A stretch of DNA of 64,000 nt, taken from the NCBI GenBank assembly GCA_963762145.1, contig CAVXJS010000011.1:480001-544000 (forward strand), written 5' to 3'. Shown here piece after piece: positions 1 to 13,353 of the stretch. Made by a program: the position numbers and the translations under genes. The notes under the pieces were generated by a model. That model was not told the DNA's origin, did no database searches, and saw nothing but the letters and a program-made list of their open reading frames with translations. The DNA is from an uncultured Candidatus Rokubacteria bacterium. Its GTDB lineage: Bacteria; Methylomirabilota; Methylomirabilia; Rokubacteriales; CSP1-6. Each line of letters begins with the position of its first letter. Position 1 is the first letter of the stretch.

Positions 1-2
1 CG

Positions 3-524
3 CGCGCGTTGTCGCCCGCCAAGGTGTCGTCGGTCACGGTGTCCGAGCTCCCGGAGGGCATGCCCGAGGACGAGCTGCGCACCGTGCTCGTGGTCGTGCC
101 CGACAATCAGCTCTCCCTCGCGATCGGCAAGAAGGGGCAGAACGCGCGGCTGGCCGCGAAGCTCACCGGCTTCCGGGTGGATATCAAGAGCGAGGGCGAG
201 ATCGAGGAGGAGCGGCGCCGCGACGAGGAAGAGCGCGTGGAGGGCCGGCAGAAGCTCGGTGATCTGCCCGGGGTCGGCCCCCAGCTCGTGGAGCGCCTGG
301 TGGACGCGGGGCTGCATTCGCCGTCCCGCGTCGTCGAGGGTGGGCTGTCCGCCCTGCAGGAGCTGCCGGGTATCGGCGAGGCCAAGGCGAGCGCGATCCT
401 GGCCGCGGCCCAGGCATGGGTGGCCGAGCATCCGGAGCCGGCCGGGGGTGCCGAGCCGGAGCCGGAGGCGCCCGCGGTCGAGGACGGTGGATCGGAGATC
501 GAGCCGACCCACTTGAGAAGCTGA
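3..524 (+). CDS. nusA: Transcription termination/antitermination factor NusA, C-terminal part (5' truncated by window edge)
   Basis: KH motif '[28 protein letters not shown]' plus C-terminal HhH-like repeats; lies upstream of ylxR-infB. Confidence 0.95.
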   Translation, partial: RALSPAKVSSVTVSELPEGMPEDELRTVLVVVPDNQLSLAIGKKGQNARLAAKLTGFRVDIKSEGEIEEERRRDEEERVEGRQKLGDLPGVGPQLVERLVDAGLHSPSRVVEGGLSALQELPGIGEAKASAILAAAQAWVAEHPEPAGGAEPEPEAPAVEDGGSEIEPTHLRS

Positions 525-796
525 AGCGGGCGACGCGCCCGCCTCGGCGCACCTGCATCGGCTGTCGCTCCGTGCGGGCGAAGGCGGAGTTGATCCGACT
601 GGTGCGAGATGTCGGTGGGCTGGTGAGGGTTGATCGGGATGGGCGCGCGGCGGGGCGCGGCGCGTATGTGTGCGCCACGACCGAGTGCGTGGAGAAGGCG
701 CTGCAGGCGGGACGGCTGGCGCACGCGTTCAAGGGTGCGAGCCGCGCGCCGCAGGAGCCCGCGGTGGACATTCTGGCGAGTTGGCCAAGGAGGTAG
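521..796 (+). CDS. ylxR: YlxR/RnpM family RNA-binding protein (DUF448)
   Basis: 'PRRTCIGCR...ELIRLVR...GRGAYVC...C'; between nusA and infB; start uncertain (CTG overlapping nusA TGA). Confidence 0.9.
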   Translation: MKRATRPPRRTCIGCRSVRAKAELIRLVRDVGGLVRVDRDGRAAGRGAYVCATTECVEKALQAGRLAHAFKGASRAPQEPAVDILASWPRR

Positions 797-801
797 CGCG
801 C

Positions 802-3342
802 GTGGCGGCACGGGTCAAGGTCATCGATCTGGCGAAGGAGCTGGGCGTCACCAGCAAAGATTTGATCGTGGCGCTCGAAGGCATGGGCCACAAGGGCATG
901 CGGGCCATGAGCCCTCTCCTCGCCGCGACGGCCAATGAGCTGCGGGTCAAGCTGGGCCGGGGGCGGGAGCTGCCCCCCGAGACCAAGCCCAAGCGCGCAC
1001 CCAAGCCCAAGGCCGCCGAGGGCGACGCGCCCGCGGCCGCGCCGAAGAAGAAGGCGACGGGCACGAAGAAGCGCGCCGCCAAGTCGGCCGAGGAGACGCC
1101 CGAGGTTGTCGAGCTCGCCCCGGCAGCCACCCTCGATGCGGTGAAGCCGGCCGCGACCATCTTCAGGCCTGCGCCCTCCGCGGTTCCACCCGCGCCGCCG
1201 GCCGAGCCCGCTCCGGCTCCGCCGATCGCGCCCGCCGCCGCGTCGGTCGCGCCGCCGGCCGCACCACCCCGGCCCACGACCCCGCCGGCTCCCGTACCCG
1301 GCGTCCGTCCGGCCGCGTCGGCCCCGCCGGTCGACGTGAGGCAGGCGCCACCGGTCCGGCGCGCCCCGGTGCCGCCGCCGCTGAATCCGCCGCGCACCGT
1401 GATCTCGCCGCCGCGTCCGGCCGCGCCCCCGGCTCCGCCGCGTCCGGCGGTGCCTGCGCGCCCGGCGGCGGCCGTCGCTGCGCCAGCCGCTCCGGCCGCG
1501 CCCGCCCCGACCCCCGCGCCGCCGGTCGCACCGCCTCCGGCTCCCCGGATTCCGGGTGGAGCGCTGCCGCCTCCGCCCGAGCCGCCGCAGGAGATCAAGC
1601 GCGAGCTGGTCAGGCTGCCCGAATCCGTCACGGTGGGTGAGCTGGCCGCCGCGATGCGCCGCAAGACCACCGAGGTGATCCGGGCCCTGGTGGACCTGGG
1701 CGTGATGGCGACCGTCAACGAGGTGCTCGATCCCACCGCGGCCAAGCTGGTCGCCGACAAGTTCCACTTCGACGTGCAGGTCCGCTCGATCGAGGGCGAC
1801 GTGCTCGAGGAGGAGGAGTCCGATCCGGCCCAGATGCGCCCGCGGCCGCCGGTGGTCACCGTGATGGGCCACGTCGACCACGGCAAGACCTCGCTCCTCG
1901 ACGCGATCCGCACCACCAAGGTGGCGGAGCGCGAGTTCGGCGGGATCACCCAGCACATCGGCGCCTACCAGGTGGATACGAGCCACGGTAAGGTCACCTT
2001 CCTCGACACGCCGGGCCACGAGGCGTTCACCGCGATGCGCGCCCGCGGGGCCCAGGCGACGGACATGGTGGTCCTGGTCGTCGCGGCCGACGACGGGGTG
2101 ATGCCTCAGACGGTGGAGGCGATCAACCACGCCAAGGCGGCCAACGTGCCGATCCTGGTCGCGGTGAACAAGATCGACAAGCCGGGCTCCGATCCGGACC
2201 GGGTCAAGCGCGAGCTGGCCAATCACGGTCTCGTGCCGGAAGACTGGGGCGGGCAGACCATCTTCATCCACACCTCGGCCAAGCGGGGCGACGGGATCCC
2301 GCAGCTGCTCGAGATGACCGCGCTGCAGGCCGAGATCCTCGAGCTGCGCGCCAATCCGGCCCGGGCCGGGCGCGGCGTGATCGTGGAAGGCCGGCTCGAT
2401 CGGGGCCGCGGCCCGGTGGCCACCGCGCTGATCCAGTCGGGCACGCTCAAGGAAGGCGACGCGGTGGTGGTCGGCTCGCACTCCGGCCGCGTGCGCGCCC
2501 TCTTCAACGACCGCGGGAAGAAGGTGCAGACCGCGGGGCCGTCCGATCCGGTCGAGATCCTCGGCCTTTCCGGCGTACCGCAGGCGGGGGACACGATGCT
2601 GGTGGTCGCCGACGAGCGCAAGGCGCGGCAGATCGCCACCGTGCGCAGCGAGCGCGACCGGCTCAAGGGCAAGAGCGCGACGCGGATCACCCTCGAGGAC
2701 CTGCACAAGCAGATCGAGGCGGGCGAGGTCAAGGAGCTGCGGCTCGTGCTCAAGGCCGACGTGCAGGGCTCGGTGGAGGCCCTGACCGAGTCGCTCGAGC
2801 GGCTCTCCACCGACGAGGTCAAGCTCAAGGTCATCCACAGCTCGGTGGGTACGGTGACCGAGTCGGACGTGATGCTCGCGTCCGCGTCCAACGCCATCGT
2901 GCTGGGCTTCAACGTCAAGGCCGATCCCAAGGCGGCCACGCAGGCCCAGGCCAACGGCGTGGACATGCGCAGCTACAACGTCATCTACGACGCGATCAAC
3001 GACGTGCGGGCCGCGCTCTCGGGTATGCTGGCTCCCGAGATCCGCGAGATGGTGCTGGGCCGGGCCCAGGTGCGCCAGCTGTTCCCCATCACCAAGGTCG
3101 GCACCATCTACGGCTCGTCGGTCACCGAGGGCAAGATGGTGCGCGGCGCCCGCGCCCGCATCAAGCGCGGCGAGACCCTGCTGGGCGAGGGGGTCATCGG
3201 CTCGCTCAAGCGCTTCAAGGACGACGTCCGGGAAGTGCTGCAGGGGCTCGAGTGCGGGGTCGGCATCGAGGGGATCAAGGGTGTGCAGCCCAACGACGTC
3301 ATCGAGGCCTTCAGCACGGAGGAGGTCGCCCGGACGCTCTAG
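802..3342 (+). CDS. infB: Translation initiation factor IF-2
   Basis: [17 protein letters not shown] and NKID GTPase motifs; AAGGAGGT SD before GTG at 802; Pro/Ala-rich N-terminal linker. Confidence 0.98.
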   Translation: MAARVKVIDLAKELGVTSKDLIVALEGMGHKGMRAMSPLLAATANELRVKLGRGRELPPETKPKRAPKPKAAEGDAPAAAPKKKATGTKKRAAKSAEETPEVVELAPAATLDAVKPAATIFRPAPSAVPPAPPAEPAPAPPIAPAAASVAPPAAPPRPTTPPAPVPGVRPAASAPPVDVRQAPPVRRAPVPPPLNPPRTVISPPRPAAPPAPPRPAVPARPAAAVAAPAAPAAPAPTPAPPVAPPPAPRIPGGALPPPPEPPQEIKRELVRLPESVTVGELAAAMRRKTTEVIRALVDLGVMATVNEVLDPTAAKLVADKFHFDVQVRSIEGDVLEEEESDPAQMRPRPPVVTVMGHVDHGKTSLLDAIRTTKVAEREFGGITQHIGAYQVDTSHGKVTFLDTPGHEAFTAMRARGAQATDMVVLVVAADDGVMPQTVEAINHAKAANVPILVAVNKIDKPGSDPDRVKRELANHGLVPEDWGGQTIFIHTSAKRGDGIPQLLEMTALQAEILELRANPARAGRGVIVEGRLDRGRGPVATALIQSGTLKEGDAVVVGSHSGRVRALFNDRGKKVQTAGPSDPVEILGLSGVPQAGDTMLVVADERKARQIATVRSERDRLKGKSATRITLEDLHKQIEAGEVKELRLVLKADVQGSVEALTESLERLSTDEVKLKVIHSSVGTVTESDVMLASASNAIVLGFNVKADPKAATQAQANGVDMRSYNVIYDAINDVRAALSGMLAPEIREMVLGRAQVRQLFPITKVGTIYGSSVTEGKMVRGARARIKRGETLLGEGVIGSLKRFKDDVREVLQGLECGVGIEGIKGVQPNDVIEAFSTEEVARTL

Positions 3343-3363
3343 CGTCGAAGGGAGTCTCGACCA

Positions 3364-3654
3364 GTGTCGGGAGCGCGGGTGGCGGTGGGGACGGTCGAGC
3401 TGCACCTGCCGGATATCGGGTCGCTGAAGGGCAAGCGGCACGCGTTGAAGGGCTTGAAGGACACCTTGCGGCGCCGCTTCGAGATCTCGGTCGCCGAGGT
3501 GGATCACCACGATGTATGGCAGCGCGCGACCCTGGCGCTGGCCTGCGTCTCGGGCGACTCCCGCCACGCCAACGAGGTCATCTCCAAGGCCATGGACTAC
3601 ATCGAGGACCACGTGGACGGCTGGGTCACCGACATCCAGGTTGAGGTCTTGTGA
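3364..3654 (+). CDS. ylxP: DUF503 (YlxP) family protein
   Basis: 'SLKGKR...F.ISVAEVDHHDVWQRA'; conserved infB-ylxP-rbfA order. Confidence 0.9.
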   Translation: MSGARVAVGTVELHLPDIGSLKGKRHALKGLKDTLRRRFEISVAEVDHHDVWQRATLALACVSGDSRHANEVISKAMDYIEDHVDGWVTDIQVEVL

Positions 3655-3665
3655 GGTGAGCCGAA

Positions 3666-3847
3666 GGCGAGACGAACGAATATGAGAATGGTGCCAGGGA
3701 ACTAAGGCCAAGCCGGGCGAGACGAACGAATATGAGAATGGTGCCAGGGAACTAAGGCCAAGCCGGGCGAGACGAACGAATACGAAGGCGGGGTCAGGGA
3801 ACAAAGCAGGCGAGACGAACGAACATGAGAGAGGTGTCGGGGAAGCA
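3666..3847 (+). repeat. Purine-rich tandem repeat, 4 units (50, 50, 43, ~39 bp), core GGCGAGACGAACGAA
   Basis: Units start at 3666, 3716, 3766 and 3809; the first two are identical; all align ungapped over 36 nt. Confidence 0.95.
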
Positions 3848-4219
3848 ATGCAAGGCAAGCGGCTCGTACGCGTGAACCAGCTCATCAAGGAAGAGATCTC
3901 CATGGTCCTGCAGCGGCAGCTCAAGGACCCGCGGCTCGGGTTCGTGACCGTGACCGAGGTGGACACGACGCCCGACCTCAAGCGCGCCAAGGTCTTCGTC
4001 TCGGTGCTGGGGCCGGAGGCCCAGTGGGCCACCTCGTTCAAGGCGCTCGAGAGCGCGCGCGGCTTCGTGTGGAGCTGGCTGCGCCGCCACCTGGACCTGC
4101 GGGTGACGCCCGAGATCATGTTCCGACCCGACCGGTCCATGGAGCACGCCGCGCATATCCAGGCGCTCCTCGCGGACCTCAAGACCCGGGCCGACGACTC
4201 GTCCGAGTCCGAGGAATGA
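3848..4219 (+). CDS. rbfA: Ribosome-binding factor A
   Basis: 'RVNQLIKEEIS...DPRLGFVTVTEVD.TPDL..AKVFVS...LRVTPEI.F..D.S'. Confidence 0.97.
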   Translation: MQGKRLVRVNQLIKEEISMVLQRQLKDPRLGFVTVTEVDTTPDLKRAKVFVSVLGPEAQWATSFKALESARGFVWSWLRRHLDLRVTPEIMFRPDRSMEHAAHIQALLADLKTRADDSSESEE

Positions 4220-5208
4220 GCGTCACCGTCGTCGGGGCGGAGCCGCCGTCCGAGCTCCTGGACCTGCTCGCGGGGCCGCGCGGCTCCGCGCTGATGCTGG
4301 GCCACGTCCATCCGGACGGCGACGTGCTCGGCACGCTGCTCGGCCTGGGCCTCGCGATGGAGAAGGCGGGCTGGACGGTGACCTACGGCGGTCCCGATCC
4401 GGTGCCCGACGTGCTCGACTTCATCCCGGGCGCGGACCGCTGGCAGGTGTGGCGGACCGCGCCGGGAACGTTCGACACCATCGTGCTGACCGACTGTCCG
4501 AACGACGGGCGCACCGAGGGGCTCCTCGCCGCCGTTCGCGGCCCGGCCAGCCGGGTGCTCAACATCGATCATCATCCGGACAATCGCCGCTACGGGACGC
4601 TGAACTGGATCGATCCCTCCGCCGCCGCGGTCGGGGAGATGATCCACGACCTGCTCGTCGCCCTCGGCTGGCCCATCGGGCGAGAGACCGCCCTCGGCCT
4701 GTACACCGCGATCCACACCGACACCGGCTCGTTCCGGTACTCGAACACGACACCGCGCACGTTCCGGATCGCGGGCGCGCTCACCGCGGAGGGCGCCGAG
4801 CCCGCTCTCGTGACCGACCGGCTCTATCAGCGGCGCCCTCCGGACGCGCTGCTCACCCTGGGTCGCCTGCTGAGCCGCGTCGAGATCAGCGAGGACGGGC
4901 GCATCGCGGCGCTCACGGTGCCCGAGGGCGCGGCCTCCGAGGCCTTCATGGCCGCCGAGGATCTGGTGACCTACCCGCGCTCGATCGCGGGAGTCAAGGT
5001 GGCGGTGCTCCTTCGCGCCGAGGCCGACGGTCGCGTGAAGGCCAGCCTCCGGGGCAAGGGCGACGTGCCGGTCAACCGCATCGCGCACCAGTTCGGCGGC
5101 GGCGGACACGAGAACGCGGCGGGCTGCACCCTGCCCGGGCCGCTCGCGTCCGCGAAGGCCACGCTGCTCGCGGCGGTGAGGCAGGCCCTCGACGGCCCGC
5201 CGTCGTGA
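4216..5208 (+). CDS. nrnA: DHH/DHHA1 family oligoribonuclease / PAP phosphatase
   Basis: HVHPDGD, NIDHH, TDTGSF and GGGHENAAG motifs; ATGA overlap with rbfA. Confidence 0.92.
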   Translation: MSVTVVGAEPPSELLDLLAGPRGSALMLGHVHPDGDVLGTLLGLGLAMEKAGWTVTYGGPDPVPDVLDFIPGADRWQVWRTAPGTFDTIVLTDCPNDGRTEGLLAAVRGPASRVLNIDHHPDNRRYGTLNWIDPSAAAVGEMIHDLLVALGWPIGRETALGLYTAIHTDTGSFRYSNTTPRTFRIAGALTAEGAEPALVTDRLYQRRPPDALLTLGRLLSRVEISEDGRIAALTVPEGAASEAFMAAEDLVTYPRSIAGVKVAVLLRAEADGRVKASLRGKGDVPVNRIAHQFGGGGHENAAGCTLPGPLASAKATLLAAVRQALDGPPS

Positions 5209-6122
5209 GCGATCGCCTCCGCTCCGGCATCCTGTCGGTCGAGAAGGGCCCGGGTGTCACCTCGTTCCAGGTGGTGGCCCACCTCCGCCGCGTGCTCCGC
5301 GCGCCGCGCATCGGGCACGGCGGCACGCTCGATCCCGCGGCCACCGGGGTCCTGCCCATCCTGATCGGGGAAGCGACCAAGCTGACGCCGTACCTGGTGG
5401 ATCTGGACAAGGAATACGTGGCCACCGTGCGCCTGGGCGTCACCACCGAGACGCAGGACCTTTCGGGCGCGGTGGTCGAGACGCGTCCGGTCCCCCCGCT
5501 CGACGCTCCCGCGATCGAGGCCGCGCTCGCGCCGTTCGTGGGCCGCATCCGGCAGGTGCCTCCCATGTACTCCGCGCTCCACCATGACGGCAAGCGCCTC
5601 TACGAGCTGGCCCGGCAGGGCGTCGAGGTGGCGCGTGAGCCGCGCGAGGTCGTCGTCCACTCGATCGGGCTCGAGTCGGTCGCGCTCCCGGACTTCGTCG
5701 TGCGCGTCCGCTGCGGCAAGGGCACCTACGTGCGCACGCTCGCCGCGGACGTGGGCGCCGCGCTGGGCTGCGGGGCAGCCCTGGCCGGGCTCGTGCGCAG
5801 CCGGGTGGGGCCGTACGCGCTCGAGGCCGCCGTCACGTGGGACGAGGTCCGCGAGGCGCGCTCCGGCGAGCGGCTGTGGGCGCGGCTTCTCCCCCCGGAC
5901 TCGGCGCTCGCCGGCCTGCCGGCGGTGCGGCTCGACGCGGAGGGGACCCGCGCCTTCGCTCATGGGCAGGCGGCGCCGGCGGGCGCGCGCGTCGGCGGCC
6001 TCCTCCGCGTGTACGGCCCCGACGGCGGCCTGCTCGGGGTGGGGCAGGGGCTCGGCGATCGAGTGAAGCCCGAACGGCTCCTCCATGCGGATCCTCCGCG
6101 ATCTTCCGTCCTTCCCGCCTGA
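5205..6122 (+). CDS. truB: tRNA pseudouridine(55) synthase
   Basis: GHGGTLDPAATGVL, QVPPMYSA and CGKGTYVRTL motifs. Confidence 0.96.
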   Translation: MSDRLRSGILSVEKGPGVTSFQVVAHLRRVLRAPRIGHGGTLDPAATGVLPILIGEATKLTPYLVDLDKEYVATVRLGVTTETQDLSGAVVETRPVPPLDAPAIEAALAPFVGRIRQVPPMYSALHHDGKRLYELARQGVEVAREPREVVVHSIGLESVALPDFVVRVRCGKGTYVRTLAADVGAALGCGAALAGLVRSRVGPYALEAAVTWDEVREARSGERLWARLLPPDSALAGLPAVRLDAEGTRAFAHGQAAPAGARVGGLLRVYGPDGGLLGVGQGLGDRVKPERLLHADPPRSSVLPA

Positions 6123-7020
6123 GCTGCGGCCGTCGGTGGCCGCCTTCGGCGCCTTCGACGGCATCCATCTCGCGCACGCCAAGATCCTCGACACCGCGGT
6201 GGAGCGGGCCCGCGCGCTCGGCGTCTCCGCGGTCGCGTGCACCTTCGACCCGCACCCGACCGCGGTGCTCCGGCCCGAGAAGGCACCCGCGCCCATCGCG
6301 ACGCTCGAGGAGAACCTGGCCCGCATCGCGGAGCACGGCCTCGACGCCGCCCTGGTCATTCCCTTCACGCTGGACTTCTCTCGGATGGAAGCCGAGAGCT
6401 TCGTGGACGAGGCGCTGGTTCGCACCCTCGGGGCCCGCGAGGTGGTGGTGGGCTTCAACCACACCTTCGGCCGGGGGGCGCGCGGGACCGCGGTCCTCCT
6501 GCGGGAGCTGGGCGGCTCCCGCGGCTTCGTCACCCACGTGCTCCCCCCGCTACAGGTCAACGGGCTCACCGTGTCCTCGAGCGCGATCCGCGAGGCCCTG
6601 CGTGATGGCGACGTGGAGCAGGCGCGGGCGTTTCTGGGCCGGCCCTACTCGCTGACCGGGACGGTGCAGCGCGGCGCCGGCCGGGGCCGCACGCTCGGCT
6701 TTCCCACCGCGAATCTGAAGCCGGATCGCCCCCTGGCCTTGGCCGCGGGCGTGTATGCGGCCCACGCCCGCTGGGAGGGCCGGCACGCGGAGGCGGTGGT
6801 CAACATCGGGTACCGGCCGACCTTCGAGGAGTCACAGTACTGGGTCGAGGCCTACCTGTTCGACTTCGCCGGGGACCTCTACGACCGCACGATCACGCTC
6901 GACTTCCTGGTCCGCATCCGGGCGGAAATGAAATTCCCGGGCGTCGAGGCGCTGACCGCGCAGGTCCGAGCCGACATGGCGGAGGCGCGGCGGCTACTTC
7001 GAGCGCAACCGGCGGGGTGA
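6085..7020 (+). CDS. ribF: Bifunctional riboflavin kinase / FAD synthetase
   Basis: GAFDGIHLAH, SSSAIREAL, GRTLGFPTAN and NIGYRPTF motifs. Confidence 0.96.
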   Translation: MRILRDLPSFPPELRPSVAAFGAFDGIHLAHAKILDTAVERARALGVSAVACTFDPHPTAVLRPEKAPAPIATLEENLARIAEHGLDAALVIPFTLDFSRMEAESFVDEALVRTLGAREVVVGFNHTFGRGARGTAVLLRELGGSRGFVTHVLPPLQVNGLTVSSSAIREALRDGDVEQARAFLGRPYSLTGTVQRGAGRGRTLGFPTANLKPDRPLALAAGVYAAHARWEGRHAEAVVNIGYRPTFEESQYWVEAYLFDFAGDLYDRTITLDFLVRIRAEMKFPGVEALTAQVRADMAEARRLLRAQPAG

Positions 7021-7024
7021 TCGC

Positions 7025-7053
7025 TTGAACCCCTTACCCCCGCGTGATACACT
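7025..7053 (+). promoter_or_regulatory. Sigma70-type promoter of rpsO-pnp
   Basis: TTGAAC (7025-7030), 17-bp spacer, extended TGn-TACACT (7048-7053). Confidence 0.7.
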
Positions 7054-7165
7054 CCGCACGTCTTGACGCGGGTTTGAGCGGTCCAACGAACCCGTCCCAA
7101 CGGAGCCGCGGTCGGGGCTCTGGGGGCGTGGCGATTGGGGGGGGAACCCCCGGGAGGATCCCGGT

Positions 7166-7435
7166 ATGCGACTGTCCCAGGACAAGAAGAAGGGTCTGAT
7201 CGAGCAGTTCAAGGTGCACGAGGGCGACACCGGCTCGCCCGAGGTCCAGATCGCGCTGCTGTCGGAGCGGATCAACGGGCTCACCGAGCACTTCAAGCTC
7301 CACAAGAAGGACCACCACTCCCGTCGCGGCCTGCTGATGCTGATCGGCAAGCGCCGCGGCCTCATCGAGTACCTTCGCAAGAAGGACTCGGAGCGCTACC
7401 GAGCCATCACGGAAAAGCTCGGGATTCGCAAGTGA
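7166..7435 (+). CDS. rpsO: 30S ribosomal protein S15
   Basis: [12 protein letters not shown] and [11 protein letters not shown] motifs; 89 aa. Confidence 0.99.
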   Translation: MRLSQDKKKGLIEQFKVHEGDTGSPEVQIALLSERINGLTEHFKLHKKDHHSRRGLLMLIGKRRGLIEYLRKKDSERYRAITEKLGIRK

Positions 7436-7544
7436 TCGCGGACCCCGATTGGATCGATCTCACACTCGCCCGGCTCGACCGGGCCCCTCTCGAAGTCGCA
7501 ACTCATTCTCGCTTCCCATTTCCTAGCCGGAGGACGCTGACCGT

Positions 7545-9682
<2,138 letters not shown>

Positions 9683-9683
<1 letters not shown>

Positions 9684-10945
9684 TGGCGTATCGCAAGAGC
9701 GCGCTGCCCAACGGCATCCGTCTCGTCACCGAGACGATGCCGCATGTGCGCTCCGTCGCGGTGGGTATCTGGGTGGAGACGGGCTCGCGGCTCGAGCCCG
9801 AGCCACTCGGCGGCATCTCCCACCTGATCGAGCACCTCGTCTTCAAGGGCACCGCGACCCGCTCGGCCGAGGAGATCGCGCGCGCGATCGACTCGGTGGG
9901 CGGCCAGATGGACGCCTTCACCGCGAAGGAGCACACCTGCTTCTACGTGCAGGTGCTCGACGAGCACCTGCCGCTCGCGGTGAGCCTGCTCACCGACATC
10001 CTGCGCCAGCCGCTCTTCGCCGCCGCGGATATCGAGAAGGAGAAGGCGGTCGTCCTCCAGGAGATCAAGATGGTGGAGGACACCCCCGACGACCTGATCC
10101 ACGACCTGTTCGCGGAGCAGGTGTGGGCCGGCCACCCGCTGGGGCGGCCGATCCTGGGGCGCTGGGACGTGGTCAAGGCGCTTCGATCGGGACACCGTGC
10201 TCGGCTACTTCGAGCGCGAGTACGTGCCCGGCGCGGATCGTGGTGGCGGTGGCCGGCCACGCCGAGCACGAGCGGGTGGCCGATCTCTTCGCGGCGGGCT
10301 TCGAGGGCTGGGGCCGGCCGCGCGGTGCCGCACACCTTCGTGCCCCCCACGCTGCACGGCGGCATCCACACCGTGCAGAAGCCGCTCGAGCAGGTGCACC
10401 TGGTCCTCGGGCTGCCCGGCGTCTCCGACACCGCGGCCGACCGCTACCCGCTCTACCTGCTCAACGACATCATCGGCGGCAGCATGTCCTCGCGGCTCTT
10501 CCAGGAGATCCGGGAGCGTCAGGCCCTCGTCTACTCGGTCCACTCGGGCCAGCAGGCCTACCGCGACACCGGGCTCTTCTACGTGTACGCGGGGACGGAC
10601 CCGGCCAACTTCAGCAAGGTGCTCCACGCCCTGATGAAGGAGATCCGCGGCCTCAAGAAGGACGGGGTCACCGCCGACGAGCTGCGCCGGTCCAAGGAGC
10701 ATCTCAAGGGGAGCCTGATGCTCTCGCTCGAGTCCACGTCTTCTCGAATGAACCGTCTCGCATCCCACGAGATGCGCTTCGGCTCGTTCATGTCCATGGA
10801 CGAGATGCTCGCCGCGATCGATCGCGTGCAGATGGACGAGGTGGACGCGCTCATCCACCGCGTGCTCGACGAGGAGCAGCTCTCGCTCCTCACCCTGGGG
10901 GCGGTGGGACGGCGCCACCTCCCCCGCGGTCTGATGCGCGCCTGA
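9683..10945 (+). CDS. M16 family zinc peptidase; compensating frameshifts at about 10190-10320
   Basis: HLIEH inverted zinc motif, 'GGQMDAFTAKEHT', 'GGSMSSRLFQEIRE'; common pnp neighbour. Confidence 0.92.
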
Positions 10946-10955
10946 GGAGGCGTCG

Positions 10956-12255
<1,300 letters not shown>

Positions 12256-12268
12256 GGGCGCGGGCGGT

Positions 12269-12520
12269 ATGAAGGCGCGGGTTCTCGTGCGGCTCAAGCC
12301 GAGCATCCTGGACGCGCAGGGCGTCACGGTGAAGCGTGCCCTCGCCTCGCTGGGTTTCGCGGAGGTGCAGGACGTGCGCGTGGGAAAGGTCGTGGACGTC
12401 GAGCTGGACGGTCTCGGGCCTGAAGACGCGCGGCGTCGAGTGGACGAGATGTGCGCGCGCCTGCTCTGTAACCCCGTGATCGAGGACTTCAGCGTGGAGC
12501 TCCTGGGCGACACCCGCTAA
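12269..12520 (+). CDS. purS: FGAM synthase subunit PurS
   Basis: 'LKPSILDAQG', 'VRVGK', 'LLCNPVIEDF'. Confidence 0.95.
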   Translation: MKARVLVRLKPSILDAQGVTVKRALASLGFAEVQDVRVGKVVDVELDGLGPEDARRRVDEMCARLLCNPVIEDFSVELLGDTR

Positions 12521-12544
12521 TCTCCTCTCGCCCCTTCGAGCCCC

Positions 12545-12573
12545 TTGTCAGATCGGAGGTGGCGGAGTAGAGT
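12545..12573 (+). promoter_or_regulatory. Internal sigma70-type promoter upstream of purQ
   Basis: TTGTCA (12545-12550), 17 bp, TAGAGT (12568-12573); AAGGAGG SD downstream. Confidence 0.6.
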
Positions 12574-12609
12574 GACGAAGTAGCCACACAAGGAGGAACA
12601 CACGGTCCA

Positions 12610-13324
12610 ATGAACTTCGGCGTGGTGATCTTCCCGGGCACGTGGAGTGACTGCGACTTTCACTACGTCATCAGCGAAGTCCTGCATCAGCCGGTGCGCT
12701 ACGTCTGGCACCGGGACGCCAACCTCGGCGAGTTCGACTGCCTGATCCTCCCCGGCGGCTTCTCCTACGGGGACTATCTCCGGGCCGGCGCGGTGGCGGG
12801 ACGCTCGCCGGTGGTGGAGGCGCTCCCCGAGTTCACCGCTCGCGGTGGCCTCGTACTCGGCTCCTGCAACGGGTTCCAGATCCTCTGCGAGGCCGGCCTG
12901 CTGCCCGGTGCGCTGATGCGCAACGAGTGCCTGCAGTACCGCTGCCAGTCGACCCACCTCGATGGTGGAGAACGCGGACACCGCGTTCACCCGCGCGATG
13001 CGCCAGGGTCAGGTCCTCAAGATGCCCATCTCGCACGGCGAGGGGAAGTACCACGCCGACGCGGAGACCCTGCGAGCGCTCCGGGCGAAGAATCAGGTCG
13101 TCTTCCGCTACTGCACGGAAGAGGGGCGCGTCGCCAAGGAAGCCAACCCCAACGGGTCGATCGACAATATCGCCGGCGTGATCAACGAGGAAGGCACGGT
13201 GCTCGGGCTGATGCCGCACCCGGAGCGGGCCGCCGAGGCCACGGTGGGCGGGACCGACGGCACCCTGATCTTCAACTCGATCCTCGGCACCCTCGTCGAA
13301 GACGGCTCGTTCCTCAAGCGGTAG
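12610..13324 (+). CDS. purQ: FGAM synthase glutaminase subunit PurQ; frameshift near 12960
   Basis: PGGFSYGDYLRAG, CNGFQILCE, PISHGEG and GLMPHPERA motifs. Confidence 0.95.
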
Positions 13325-13353
13325 CTGCCACGTGACAACGGGGTGGGGGCGGG

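Noticed and set aside
1140-1600. Pro/Ala-rich low-complexity stretch as a repeat element
   Set aside because: It is the ordinary variable N-terminal linker of IF-2.
3666-3847. Tandem repeat as a mini CRISPR array
   Set aside because: Inter-repeat segments are short and the first two are identical, units are degenerate, and there are no cas genes in the window.
184-5109. Very long antisense ORFs (1641 aa here; also 13108-15654, 15587-18127 and others)
   Set aside because: Shadow ORFs opposite well-conserved genes, expected from the scarcity of stop codons in high-GC DNA; the translations have no recognisable motifs.
12521-12609. purS-purQ gap as a purine or ZTP riboswitch
   Set aside because: The gap is short and is explained by a -35/-10 promoter plus SD; no aptamer consensus was recognised.
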